Shown here one piece after another: positions 9,823 to 18,945 of a stretch of DNA of 64,000 bases. The translations under genes and the position numbers were made by a program. Source of the stretch: an uncultured delta proteobacterium (GTDB lineage: Bacteria; Myxococcota_A; Polyangia; Polyangiales; Houyiibacteriaceae); contig CAVOVB010000003.1 in the NCBI GenBank assembly GCA_963699755.1, forward strand, positions 352,001 through 416,000, read 5' to 3'. Every line of letters starts with the position of its first letter. Positions within the stretch are counted from its first letter, which is position 1. Under the pieces are notes generated by a model. It searched no databases and was not told where the DNA came from. It saw nothing but the letters and a program-made list of their open reading frames with translations.

Positions 9823-11613
9823 ATGAGCAGAGACGTCGGCGTGGGCCAACTGGTGGAGGAGCTGGAGCAGCGCGGCGATCGCCTCCCGTTCGAGATCGGC
9901 GCCTTCGTTGCTCTCGAGGCTTGTGAAGGGCTCCTCCGGCAATCCGTCAAGCTCGACGCGGACAGCGTCCGTGTGACCTTGGAGGGCGCGGTGCTCGTGT
10001 CAGACGGGGCGCAGCGGGCTGAGCCGGACGAGGCTGCCCGTTCGCTCGTCTCGGTGCTTGCGAGGTTGCTCATGGCAGCAGGCCCTGGTGTTCCACCCCA
10101 TCTCCTGCAGCTCGTAAAGGAGAGCGCGACCGGGCAGAAGCAGCGTGACCTACGGCATCTCCACGACGCCATCGAGGCCTCGCTGATCCCGATCAACCGA
10201 GGCGCGTCCCGACGCGTGCTCGCCCGTCTGGTTCGCGAGAGCGACCGACCGCCGGCACCCAAAGCCGCGCGAGTCGATCCACGAGAGCTCGATACGGAGC
10301 TCGAGGAGTTGCTGCGTGATCCTGCGACGAGAACGCCAGGCCCCGCGCAGGCCGCTTTGCCATTGGAGGAGTCGGGTGCGGAAGATCCGATCACAGAGCG
10401 AATCCGCATTCCGAGCGCGCTACCTCGGGCTACGGACGTCGATGCTCCAGCGGAAACGGTTCCAGTTCCTCGGTCGCGGCCTGCGATCGCGCGGAGCTCT
10501 GTGGCGGTCCCCGATTTGAAGCCCTTGCTGTCGCCCGAAACGTCCGCTGCGGTTGCCACCGCACCGGAACATCGGCTGCAGCGGGACCCAGAGCCTATCA
10601 CGGCGACGATTCGGAAGTGGTCCGCAGAGCAGCCGACGGAGCCGGCAACAGAAACGCAGTCAGCAACAGCGTTAGAGTCGGCGGCAGCGTCCGCGCCAGT
10701 GCCAGTGTCGGCGCCGGAGTCAGAGGCGGCGACAGAGACAGGATACGTGGCCGGGACCGGGGCCGCGTCGGTGACCGCGCTCGAGACCGCGACCGAGGCC
10801 GTGTTCGGGGGCGGTTCCGTGAATCGCGCGGAGTCCGTGCCCGCGCCGCTTCCCTCACGTGAGTCCGCGCCCGCGGCCGAGCCCGTCTACGAGAGAGCGT
10901 CGCTCCCCATTCCTCAGCCACCGAGGCGCGGTGGCGGCTTGGGGGTTCTCTTCGTCGCCGCCTTCTTGGGCCTCGGCTTGTACGCGCTGATCCGCACGGG
11001 CACGCTCGACGCGCTCCTTCAGCCTGCTGCATCCGAATCCACACCGGCGATGCCTGGCGTCATCGACCTCACAGTCACCCCGAGCGATGCACAGGTCTTC
11101 GTCTTCGTGGGTCGTGGCCCAGCGACCGCTTCGGGGCTGGCGGTCGATGCGAATCACGAGTTCATCGTCTTGGATCGCGGGCTTCGTCCGACGAGGGCTG
11201 TCGTCTCGCGTGGCGCGACTTGGACAAGAACCGAGAGTGGCCTGCTTTACGAGCTCGCCATTCAAGCCCCCGTCGTCACCGGCCCGTCCGACGCGTCCGA
11301 TTTCGGCAGCGCCGAAACTGAGCCGGCCGCTGCCTCAGGCGGTGAGGCCGGTACGGTCCGTATCATCACCAATCCCCTCGGTGCGAAGGTCTATCGCTAC
11401 GTGGGTGTCGGCCCGAGCGTGCAGATCCCAGCCGTGTCGATTCACGAGGGGCAGGAAGTTCTGGTTTATCACCCGGAGCACGAGACCCTGCGCGCCGTCG
11501 TCGGGCCAAGCGACTGGCAAGTCGGCGAGGGCCAAACGGTGCACCGGGCTGCGTTGGAAGTTCAGCTGCCGCCGATTCCAAAGTCAGTCGCCCCGGAAAC
11601 GCCGGAGAACTGA
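9823..11613 (+). CDS. Hypothetical single-pass membrane protein: degenerate kinase-C-lobe-like N-terminus, Pro/Ala/Glu/Thr-rich linker, PEGA-like periplasmic modules
   Basis: LPFEIGAFVALEACEGL helix, TM VLFVAAFLGLGLYALI, and two similar modules LTVTPSDAQVFVFVG and IITNPLGAKVYRYVG. Confidence 0.6.
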   Translation: MSRDVGVGQLVEELEQRGDRLPFEIGAFVALEACEGLLRQSVKLDADSVRVTLEGAVLVSDGAQRAEPDEAARSLVSVLARLLMAAGPGVPPHLLQLVKESATGQKQRDLRHLHDAIEASLIPINRGASRRVLARLVRESDRPPAPKAARVDPRELDTELEELLRDPATRTPGPAQAALPLEESGAEDPITERIRIPSALPRATDVDAPAETVPVPRSRPAIARSSVAVPDLKPLLSPETSAAVATAPEHRLQRDPEPITATIRKWSAEQPTEPATETQSATALESAAASAPVPVSAPESEAATETGYVAGTGAASVTALETATEAVFGGGSVNRAESVPAPLPSRESAPAAEPVYERASLPIPQPPRRGGGLGVLFVAAFLGLGLYALIRTGTLDALLQPAASESTPAMPGVIDLTVTPSDAQVFVFVGRGPATASGLAVDANHEFIVLDRGLRPTRAVVSRGATWTRTESGLLYELAIQAPVVTGPSDASDFGSAETEPAAASGGEAGTVRIITNPLGAKVYRYVGVGPSVQIPAVSIHEGQEVLVYHPEHETLRAVVGPSDWQVGEGQTVHRAALEVQLPPIPKSVAPETPEN

Positions 11614-12969
11614 TTCCACCTCGCTTCGAATCGAGTTGAGCTGCGACTCAGAATCCGCCTCGAATCGGAGGACGAGCGCTGGTTGCGTGTTGGAGGCGCG
11701 AACGAGCGCCCAGCCTCCGTCGAATTGGATACGCGCGCCGTCGATGTCGACCAGCTCGTGCGTAGGCCGATAGTGATCGATCATTTGCTGAACCAGATCG
11801 AACTTTCGGGCGTCGTCGCAGTCGACGCGAATCTCGGGTGTGGCGAAGGTCTTGGGCACGTCGCTCAGCATTTCGTGAAGTGGAACGTCGCTTTGGGAGA
11901 CGATTTCCAGGACGCGAAGCGTTGCGTAGATTGCGTCGTCGAAGCCGTAATAGCGATCAGCGAAGAAAATGTGTCCGCTCATCTCGCCGGCAAGCAAGGC
12001 CTGTTCCTCTTTCATCTTGGTCTTGATGAGTGAGTGGCCCGTCTTCCAGAGCACGCCACGTCCGCCGTGGGCTTGGATGTCATCGTACATGGTCTGGGAG
12101 CATTTGACCTCGCCGATGATCGTTGCGCCTGGGTGCTGTTTGAGAAGCGCCCGCGAGAGGAGAATCATGAGCTTGTCACCCCAGATGACCTCGCCGCGGG
12201 CGTCGATGACCCCTACGCGGTCCGCATCGCCATCGTAGGCGAAGCCGAGCTCGAGCCCGTCATCGAGGACGCGCGCTTTGAGCATCTCTAGGGTTTCAGG
12301 TTCCGTTGGGTCGGCGTGATGTACGGGAAAGGTTCCATCCATCTCGCAAAGCATCGCCACGGGGTTGAGCCCGAGCGCCTGCATAGTTGCGAGGGCCAAC
12401 GGGCCGCCCGCGCCGTTGCCCGCATCGATCGCGAATCGAATATCGTGTCGGTCGAGTTGGATGTCGCCCTGCGCCTTCTTCACATAAGCGGGGGTAGGGT
12501 CGATCGCTTCAATCGAGCCGCCCGGAGCCCGCTGAAAGCCTCCGTTCTCCATGACTGTACGAAGCTCACCGATGTCCCTGCCATACAATGAGCCCTTGCC
12601 CAGCATCATTTTGAAGCCGTTCTCATCCGGCGGGTTGTGGCTTCCGGTGATCTGGACGCCGCCGTCGAGGTCGAGCTCGTGCACGGCGAAGTACAGGAGA
12701 GGCGTCGGGCCGACACCGATATCCACCAGATGAAGCCCGGTTTCGATCAGCCCCGAACAAAGCGCTTCATGCAGTCGAGGTGAGCTCAAGCGGCAGTCAC
12801 GTCCAACTGCGACCCGCTGCAGACCCCGCTTCGCATAGAAGGTGCCGAGGCTCATACCCAAGGCCCGCACGAATGCGTCGCCGAAATCGCCTTCGGCGTG
12901 TCCTCGAATGTCGTATTCACGAAAGACGTGCGGGTTCAATAGATCACCGTCTTTGATCGCCTCGCTCAT
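11584..12969 (-). CDS. Phosphomannomutase/phosphoglucomutase (AlgC-like)
   Basis: FREYDIRG, TGSHNP, DGDADR, GEMSGH, VRASNTQP. Confidence 0.95.
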   Translation of the reverse strand: MSEAIKDGDLLNPHVFREYDIRGHAEGDFGDAFVRALGMSLGTFYAKRGLQRVAVGRDCRLSSPRLHEALCSGLIETGLHLVDIGVGPTPLLYFAVHELDLDGGVQITGSHNPPDENGFKMMLGKGSLYGRDIGELRTVMENGGFQRAPGGSIEAIDPTPAYVKKAQGDIQLDRHDIRFAIDAGNGAGGPLALATMQALGLNPVAMLCEMDGTFPVHHADPTEPETLEMLKARVLDDGLELGFAYDGDADRVGVIDARGEVIWGDKLMILLSRALLKQHPGATIIGEVKCSQTMYDDIQAHGGRGVLWKTGHSLIKTKMKEEQALLAGEMSGHIFFADRYYGFDDAIYATLRVLEIVSQSDVPLHEMLSDVPKTFATPEIRVDCDDARKFDLVQQMIDHYRPTHELVDIDGARIQFDGGWALVRASNTQPALVLRFEADSESQLNSIRSEVESVLRRFRGD

Positions 12970-14020
12970 CAAGGGCGGCGACGACTTCGCGTACTTCTTG
13001 GGCACGTTCCCTCGGGACAATGAGAAGTGCATCGCCGGAGTCCACCACGACCAGATCGTCGACGCCGATCAGCGCCACGAGCTTGCCCTCCGGTGCTGCG
13101 ACGAAGTTGCCGCTAGCATCGACCGCGATCCCACCCTCCGGGAGCACGTTGGCGTGCTCGTCCTGCGGCGCGAGCTCCCAAGCTGAAGTCCAGCTCCCGA
13201 GGTCGGACCATTGAAACGAGCCAGGCACGACGCTGACGGCGCTGACCTTTTCCATGATTCCGTGGTCGATGCTCACGGCCGGCAACCCGGCATAGGTCTC
13301 CCGGATCGCGGCCGCTTCGTTTCCCGCTCGAGCGGCCTCGTCGTAGCGCTTGAGCTCCTGACCGAGACCCGGTAGATGCTGGTCGATCGCTTCGAGAATT
13401 CGAGAGGCTAGGAAGAAGAACATCCCGCTGTTCCACAGAAAGCTCCCACTCGTCACGAACTGCTCGGCGCGCCCGCGATTTGGCTTCTCGACGAAGCGCC
13501 GGGCCCGAAAAACACCAGGATCGAGCTCCGCACCGACCTCGATGTACCCATACCCGGTTTCCGCTCGTGAGGGGCGAATCCCGATCGTGACGTAGTCGCC
13601 ATGTGTGGCGGCTTCGAGCCCGCGGCGTAGCGTGTTGACGTAGGCGTCGGTCTCGCTGATGTAGTGATCGGCAGGTAGGACGGCCATGATCCCATCTTCG
13701 TCGAGCCGCTTCACGTGGGTCGCGGCCCAGCCGATACAAGGTGCCGTGTTGCGTCCAACCGGCTCGGCGAGAATTCGATGCGGCGGGAGCTCGGGAAGCT
13801 CTCGTTCGACCTGCTCGCGAAGCTGCTCCGAGGTCACGACGAAAGTGCGCTCGGCAGGGAGCACATTCCATACGCGCTCGGCAGTGGCTCGGAGGAGCGA
13901 ACGCTCATCGGGACCGAGGGCAAGGAACTGCTTGGGCCGGTTGCTACGCGACAGCGGCCAGAAGCGCGTGCCGGAGCCCCCCGCCATGATCACCGCGTAT
14001 GCTTTTTCGCTATTGGTCAT
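12944..14020 (-). CDS. manC: Mannose-1-phosphate guanylyltransferase
   Basis: MAGGSGTRFWPLSR..PKQF, EPVGRNTAP, FVEKP, WNSGMF, WSDLGSW. Confidence 0.93.
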   Translation of the reverse strand: MTNSEKAYAVIMAGGSGTRFWPLSRSNRPKQFLALGPDERSLLRATAERVWNVLPAERTFVVTSEQLREQVERELPELPPHRILAEPVGRNTAPCIGWAATHVKRLDEDGIMAVLPADHYISETDAYVNTLRRGLEAATHGDYVTIGIRPSRAETGYGYIEVGAELDPGVFRARRFVEKPNRGRAEQFVTSGSFLWNSGMFFFLASRILEAIDQHLPGLGQELKRYDEAARAGNEAAAIRETYAGLPAVSIDHGIMEKVSAVSVVPGSFQWSDLGSWTSAWELAPQDEHANVLPEGGIAVDASGNFVAAPEGKLVALIGVDDLVVVDSGDALLIVPRERAQEVREVVAALDERGDQRR

Positions 14021-14035
14021 GCACCAGTCCCTGCC

Positions 14036-14845
14036 TCAGCGAGTGATCAGGAAAACCCCGAGGGGTATGAGGTAGATCGCAAACGTCCACATCCGCCCAA
14101 CGAGAACAATCTCGCGCAGGATAACAAGGGAGATGTATCCCGTCACGAGCGCCGTTGCACCGCCGACCCAAGCTCCGAAACCGAGCGATCCGAACCCTTC
14201 GGCCCCAGCCGCCTCGAAGGTAGCGGCCCCGACGATGGCCGGAAGCGAGACCAAGAAGGAGAAGCGAAACGCGGCGTCGCTCTGGACGCCCGAGAGCATG
14301 CCTATCGCTATCGTGACCCCGCTCCGGCTGATTCCCGGCAGGACGGCCACCCCTTGCGCGATTCCGATCCCGATCGCCTGGCGCCACGAAACCTCTTCGC
14401 CCGAACCCCGAGCGATGCCGCTAGCCATTAGGAACGCCGCCGAGACCAGGAACCCATAGCCGACCAGCTGAAGATCCGCGGCGAACGCCTCGGCGGTGTG
14501 GCGGAGGAACAATCCGATGGTACCGGTGACCAAGGTAGCGAGGAAGATCGCGACCAGCATGCGGCCATCCCGGGTGCTCACGAGTCGCCGAGGTTCGCGA
14601 AGGGCCGCACCTGCTTCTCGGATCAGCGTAGTGATGTCTCGTCGAAAAAGTAGGACCGTCGCGAGCAATGTGCCCAAATGAAGCAGAATGACCAGCGCGA
14701 GTGAGTTCTCGCGAATCTCGAAGTAATGCGCACCGATCGCGACGTGCCCGCTGCTGGAAACCGGCAGGAACTCCGTCAACCCCTGCAATGCGCCCAATGC
14801 GGCGGCGGATAGCGCATCAATTCCTTGAGACAAGTGAGATCCCAT
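14036..14845 (-). CDS. uppP: Undecaprenyl-diphosphatase
   Basis: QGLTEFLPVSSSGH, PGISRSG.T, FSFLVSLPA. Confidence 0.93.
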   Translation of the reverse strand: MGSHLSQGIDALSAAALGALQGLTEFLPVSSSGHVAIGAHYFEIRENSLALVILLHLGTLLATVLLFRRDITTLIREAGAALREPRRLVSTRDGRMLVAIFLATLVTGTIGLFLRHTAEAFAADLQLVGYGFLVSAAFLMASGIARGSGEEVSWRQAIGIGIAQGVAVLPGISRSGVTIAIGMLSGVQSDAAFRFSFLVSLPAIVGAATFEAAGAEGFGSLGFGAWVGGATALVTGYISLVILREIVLVGRMWTFAIYLIPLGVFLITR

Positions 14846-14945
14846 AGCGGTTGTGATGCGCCGCTGCAAGGAGCGTGGGCCAGCGTTCTTTCGGGCATGG
14901 ACGATGGCTGTTTTTGCCGGCTTCGACTACGCTTCGGCCGGCTTC

Positions 14946-16364
14946 ATGCGAGAGACTTGGAACGCGGCCCGAGTTGGCCTGATGGTGGTTCTAGGACTGA
15001 TCGTCACCTACGCCGTCTATCGCTACGTCGACGAGCGATCATCGACGGAATCCGGCTATGGGGTGTACGCATACTTCGACGACGTTCAGGGGCTGGTTGC
15101 AAAGTCTCGAGTTCTGGTGGCCGGTATTCCCGTGGGCTACATTTCCTCGATCCGGCTCGAAGGCACCCGCGCTCGAGTTGACCTCCGCATCGAAGGGCAC
15201 GTGACGCTCTACGATGATGCTCGAGTGACGATGCGAAGCCTCTCACTGCTCGGGGAACGGGCATTGGTTCTCCAGCCGGGGACCCCCGGACTACCCGTGA
15301 TTCCGGACGGAGGTCAGATCCGTGGCACCGAGCAAGGGGTCCAGACCGATGACATCATGGTTACGGTCAATGACATCGCTCAGAGCGTGAAGAAGATCAC
15401 GGCGCAAATGGAACGGGCGTTTGGGACCGAGGAAGCCGGCGACCGAATGGAGAGCGCGCTTCGCAACCTCAGTGATGCGCTAGAAAACATCAAAGAGGTC
15501 ACCGACGAGGCGGGTCCGCGAATCGTTCGTATCATGGAAAACGTCGAGCTCGCCACCGGCGATCTGAGCGACATCATTCACAATCGAAGAGGCGACATCG
15601 ATCGCGGTGTGGCCGAAGTCGACGATACCATCGCGTCGATTCATCGCGCTGCGGAGCAACTCAACGAGGTGCTCGCGGACGTGAAAGAGGTCACGGGCCG
15701 GACGGCGCGAGGCGAGGGCAGCATCGGACGACTCACTCAGGACGAAGCACTGATCGACGAAGTCGAAGGTGTCGCCGAGGGCTTGAACAGCTTCGTCGGC
15801 GGCCTTAACAGGCTCCAGACCATCGTGGGGCTCAGAAGCGAGTACTATGCGCTGGCGAACGCCTTCAAGACCTACTTCTCAATTTACTTGCAACCCCGTG
15901 AAGGACGTTATTTTCTCTTCCAAGCGATCGATGACCCGCGAGGATCGGTCAGTGTGTCGGAGAGCGTGATTCGCCAGAGTCCCCCGCCGACTTTCTATCC
16001 GAACGAGTACAAGCAAACCGTCGTCTCGCGGTCAAATCGGCTCAGATTCTCCGCAGAGTTCGGCAAAACAATCTCCTTTGCGACCTTTCGTTTCGGCATC
16101 ATCGAGTCGAGTGGCGGCCTCGGCTTGGACCTCAAATTCGTCCAAGATCGCCTGGAGATCAATACCGACCTCTTCGAGTTCGGTCGGAGAATCTATCCGC
16201 GGCTCAGAATTCGCGCAGGATTCGAGATCATCCGCCGATTCTCGCTCGTCGCCGGGATCGACGATGTGATCAACGGCGGACGTGACTATTTTTTCGGCCT
16301 CCAATTGCGCTTCGACGACCAGGACCTGAAGCCATTGATCCCGTTCGCGACCGGGGCGATATGA
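14946..16364 (+). CDS. MCE/MlaD-family protein with long helical linker and beta-rich C-terminus
   Basis: N-terminal TM; GL...SRVLVAGIPVG and SLLGER MCE motifs; heptad-rich middle; alternating beta-strand C-terminus. Confidence 0.85.
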   Translation: MRETWNAARVGLMVVLGLIVTYAVYRYVDERSSTESGYGVYAYFDDVQGLVAKSRVLVAGIPVGYISSIRLEGTRARVDLRIEGHVTLYDDARVTMRSLSLLGERALVLQPGTPGLPVIPDGGQIRGTEQGVQTDDIMVTVNDIAQSVKKITAQMERAFGTEEAGDRMESALRNLSDALENIKEVTDEAGPRIVRIMENVELATGDLSDIIHNRRGDIDRGVAEVDDTIASIHRAAEQLNEVLADVKEVTGRTARGEGSIGRLTQDEALIDEVEGVAEGLNSFVGGLNRLQTIVGLRSEYYALANAFKTYFSIYLQPREGRYFLFQAIDDPRGSVSVSESVIRQSPPPTFYPNEYKQTVVSRSNRLRFSAEFGKTISFATFRFGIIESSGGLGLDLKFVQDRLEINTDLFEFGRRIYPRLRIRAGFEIIRRFSLVAGIDDVINGGRDYFFGLQLRFDDQDLKPLIPFATGAI

Positions 16365-17176
16365 GTAGCATAGCGCAAGGCGCTGGTGCCGTGGTGAAGT
16401 CGCCCGTTGGGTTCGGGCGAGGCTTGTCGTACGCGCTTCGGGGCATGCGCTTCGTCTACTTTCAGCATCCCAAGCTCGCTCGATACTGGCTGTTCCCCGT
16501 CCTCATTACCGGGTTCGCGCTGCTGGCGGTCTTCTACGGCGCGGGCAGCTACAGCGAAGACGTCGGCGGAGCGCTCTGGTCGCTGTTCCCGGAGAGCTGG
16601 AACGAGGTGAGCGGTTGGGTCGGCGGCTTGCTGAACGCGTTACGCTGGGTCGTCGAGCTGATCGCCGCAATCCTCATCGTCCTGCTCGGCTTGGTATTGG
16701 TCTTTCTCTTGTCGAGTGTGGTGGCTGCTCCGTTCAACGACGCGCTCAGCGAGGCGGTGGAACAGATCCTGACTGGCAAGCCTGCGCCGCCGTTCTCACT
16801 AGGTCGGATGCTTGCTGACATCGTGCGAACGGTTCGGCTCGAGCTCGGTAAGGCGTTGCTCTATGTCGCCGTCGTGGGGCCGATGTTCCTAGCCTCGTTC
16901 TTCATCCCCGGACTGGGCCAGGTCATCTCACTCGTGGGGTTCGCGCTCACAGCGGTCTATCTGGGGATTGACTACGTCGATTGGCCCGCTGCCCGGCGCG
17001 ATTGGTCGGTCGGGGATCGCGTCGCGTTCACTCGCCGCCAGCTGCCCGCCGTTGCTGGCTTTGGGACCGGTGTCTGGGTCCTCCTCTTCATCCCGCTGGT
17101 GAATCTGCTCTTCATGCCGGCAGCCGTAGCGGGCGGCACCATCCTCTTCGTTGAGCTCCAACCAGCCGAAAAATAG
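16361..17176 (+). CDS. EI24/CysZ-family membrane protein
   Basis: AAPFNDALSEAVE, LFIPLVNLLFMPAAVAGGT. Confidence 0.85.
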   Translation: MSSIAQGAGAVVKSPVGFGRGLSYALRGMRFVYFQHPKLARYWLFPVLITGFALLAVFYGAGSYSEDVGGALWSLFPESWNEVSGWVGGLLNALRWVVELIAAILIVLLGLVLVFLLSSVVAAPFNDALSEAVEQILTGKPAPPFSLGRMLADIVRTVRLELGKALLYVAVVGPMFLASFFIPGLGQVISLVGFALTAVYLGIDYVDWPAARRDWSVGDRVAFTRRQLPAVAGFGTGVWVLLFIPLVNLLFMPAAVAGGTILFVELQPAEK

Positions 17177-17243
17177 AACGTTTTCTGGCTTTTTGTCGGC
17201 AGGGTCGGCTCGGTGCTAACGTGTGGGAGAGGTGGAATTGCTT

Positions 17244-18074
17244 ATGCGACGTTCATCGTATGGGGTGTTCTTGGTGGCGGTTGGATGGCTCCTTGGCTCG
17301 GGCGTTTTCGCCGACACGGGGTTGGCTAGCGCCAGTTCGCCGAGCGCGCTCGAGCAATCCATGGGCGACATCGAATGGGGTTGGTCGCCGAAGCAGGTCT
17401 ATCGCCACCTGAAGAAGCATATCGAAGCCTCGTATCAGGAGCCGATATCACAAACCACTGACGCGATCGAAGAGGACCGACTTCGCCACAAGATGGCCGA
17501 AGAGGCTCGTGCGATTCGCGATTCGTACCTGGAGTTCGACGGCACACCATCTGCGTACGACTCCGGCTATTTGAAAGGTGAGTTCACTCACAATAACGGC
17601 GAATCGTTGCTGCGGGTCCGAACGGAGAACACCCAAGATTTCTTCTTCTTCATCAATGATCGTCTGTGGAAGAGATACCGGGCGTTCGATGCCTCGGTGT
17701 TCGAAGGCGCGAGCTTCAGCGACTTCGGCAACGCCCTTCAGCAGCGCTATGGCAAGGCGAAAAAGAAAAACGGCGTCGTGACGCCCGGCACAGCGTCCAC
17801 GCAATGGTATGAGTGGAAAGAGCCCCGGGTTCTTGCTCGCGCCGTGGACAACAACGAATTCTATGGCTTCTATTGCCTGATCCTCGAAGATCCGAAAACC
17901 GTTGCGCAGCTCAGTAGGCTTCGGAAAAACAAACCGGACGTGGCCGAGTCTGGCGGCGGCTTGGTCGAAATGGTCGCTGACGAGAGCAACGGGGATCAGA
18001 ACGCCGACATCGCTGACCGCATCACCGGCGAAATCCGACGTCAGGACCGCCCCGACGTCGTCGACAAGCACTAG
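17244..18074 (+). CDS. Hypothetical secreted protein
   Basis: Signal-peptide-like N-terminus, GGAGAGG ribosome-binding-like sequence upstream, GC3-biased codons. Confidence 0.7.
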   Translation: MRRSSYGVFLVAVGWLLGSGVFADTGLASASSPSALEQSMGDIEWGWSPKQVYRHLKKHIEASYQEPISQTTDAIEEDRLRHKMAEEARAIRDSYLEFDGTPSAYDSGYLKGEFTHNNGESLLRVRTENTQDFFFFINDRLWKRYRAFDASVFEGASFSDFGNALQQRYGKAKKKNGVVTPGTASTQWYEWKEPRVLARAVDNNEFYGFYCLILEDPKTVAQLSRLRKNKPDVAESGGGLVEMVADESNGDQNADIADRITGEIRRQDRPDVVDKH

Positions 18075-18151
18075 GGCCGACGTAGGTTAGGGTAGGCTTT
18101 ACACCGCCCCCATCTCGCAGGTACGCTGGTGAGTCCTGAAGGGGTCCGAGC

Positions 18152-18940
18152 TTGCGATATCGTCTGCGATTGCACCTACAAGAGTTCGACCTGATCGGTG
18201 ACGAGATCATCGTCGGCCGGGGCTCGATGGGCCAAGTCACCATCGACGATCCGATGCTCTCGCGCCGGCATATTCGAATCGACCTGACGGGTCCGGAGCC
18301 CACGCTCGAAGATCTGCAAAGCCGAAACGGCACCCAGCTCAACGGGTGTCCGCTGGTCGGTCGTGCCTTTTTGGCGGACGGCGACCGAATCCGCATCGGG
18401 ACCCAGGAGTTGCTCTTCCTCGCGCCCAAGAGCGTTGCCAAAAACGACCGAAACACCAGTGCCCTTCGCTTCTGCGAGGGCTGCGCGATTCCGTATCCGA
18501 GCAGGAGCCCACACTGCCCACATTGCGGCGCAGTTCCAAACCGGGAAGGCGTGAGCACCGCGGTGCGCGACGTCGCGGCTTCCGGTTGGACATTCCACCT
18601 ACTTTCCCAAGTGGTGACCCGCGCCATCGAGCAACAGCGCCTGACCGATGCCGAGCGGATGATGTCTCGGGGGATCTCCGAGCTCGATCAGCAACTCGAT
18701 ACCGGCGTTGAGGTCGAATCGGGTCGGGTGCTCGGGGTCGCCGAGTGTTCGGTTCGACTGGGCTGCGCGCTGCGGAGTGCTCGCTGGCTAGAGATCGGAG
18801 CGCGACTGTACCGTCGCGGCGGGCAGCCGCCCTCGCGCGAAGTGCTTGCTCTGGTCGATCGCTTACCGATGGACGGGCGTCTGGCCGATGCGATCAGCGC
18901 GTTGCGTCACACTGGGCCGGAAACGCGCCGAGCCGGGTGA
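18152..18940 (+). CDS. FHA-domain protein with C4 zinc ribbon
   Basis: IVGRG...LSRRH...DLQSRNGT.LNG; CEGC-x10-CPHCG. Confidence 0.88.
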   Translation: MRYRLRLHLQEFDLIGDEIIVGRGSMGQVTIDDPMLSRRHIRIDLTGPEPTLEDLQSRNGTQLNGCPLVGRAFLADGDRIRIGTQELLFLAPKSVAKNDRNTSALRFCEGCAIPYPSRSPHCPHCGAVPNREGVSTAVRDVAASGWTFHLLSQVVTRAIEQQRLTDAERMMSRGISELDQQLDTGVEVESGRVLGVAECSVRLGCALRSARWLEIGARLYRRGGQPPSREVLALVDRLPMDGRLADAISALRHTGPETRRAG

Positions 18941-18945
18941 GCGGC

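Noticed and set aside
10630..10880. Quasi-periodic hexamer-like repeats
   Set aside because: They encode an Ala/Thr/Glu/Ser/Pro linker. There is no repeat-spacer structure, so this is not CRISPR or a clean VNTR.
11584..11613. Convergent 3' overlaps (also 24429-24484, 39418-39428, 61935-61938)
   Set aside because: Common in compact high-GC genomes; no evidence of function.
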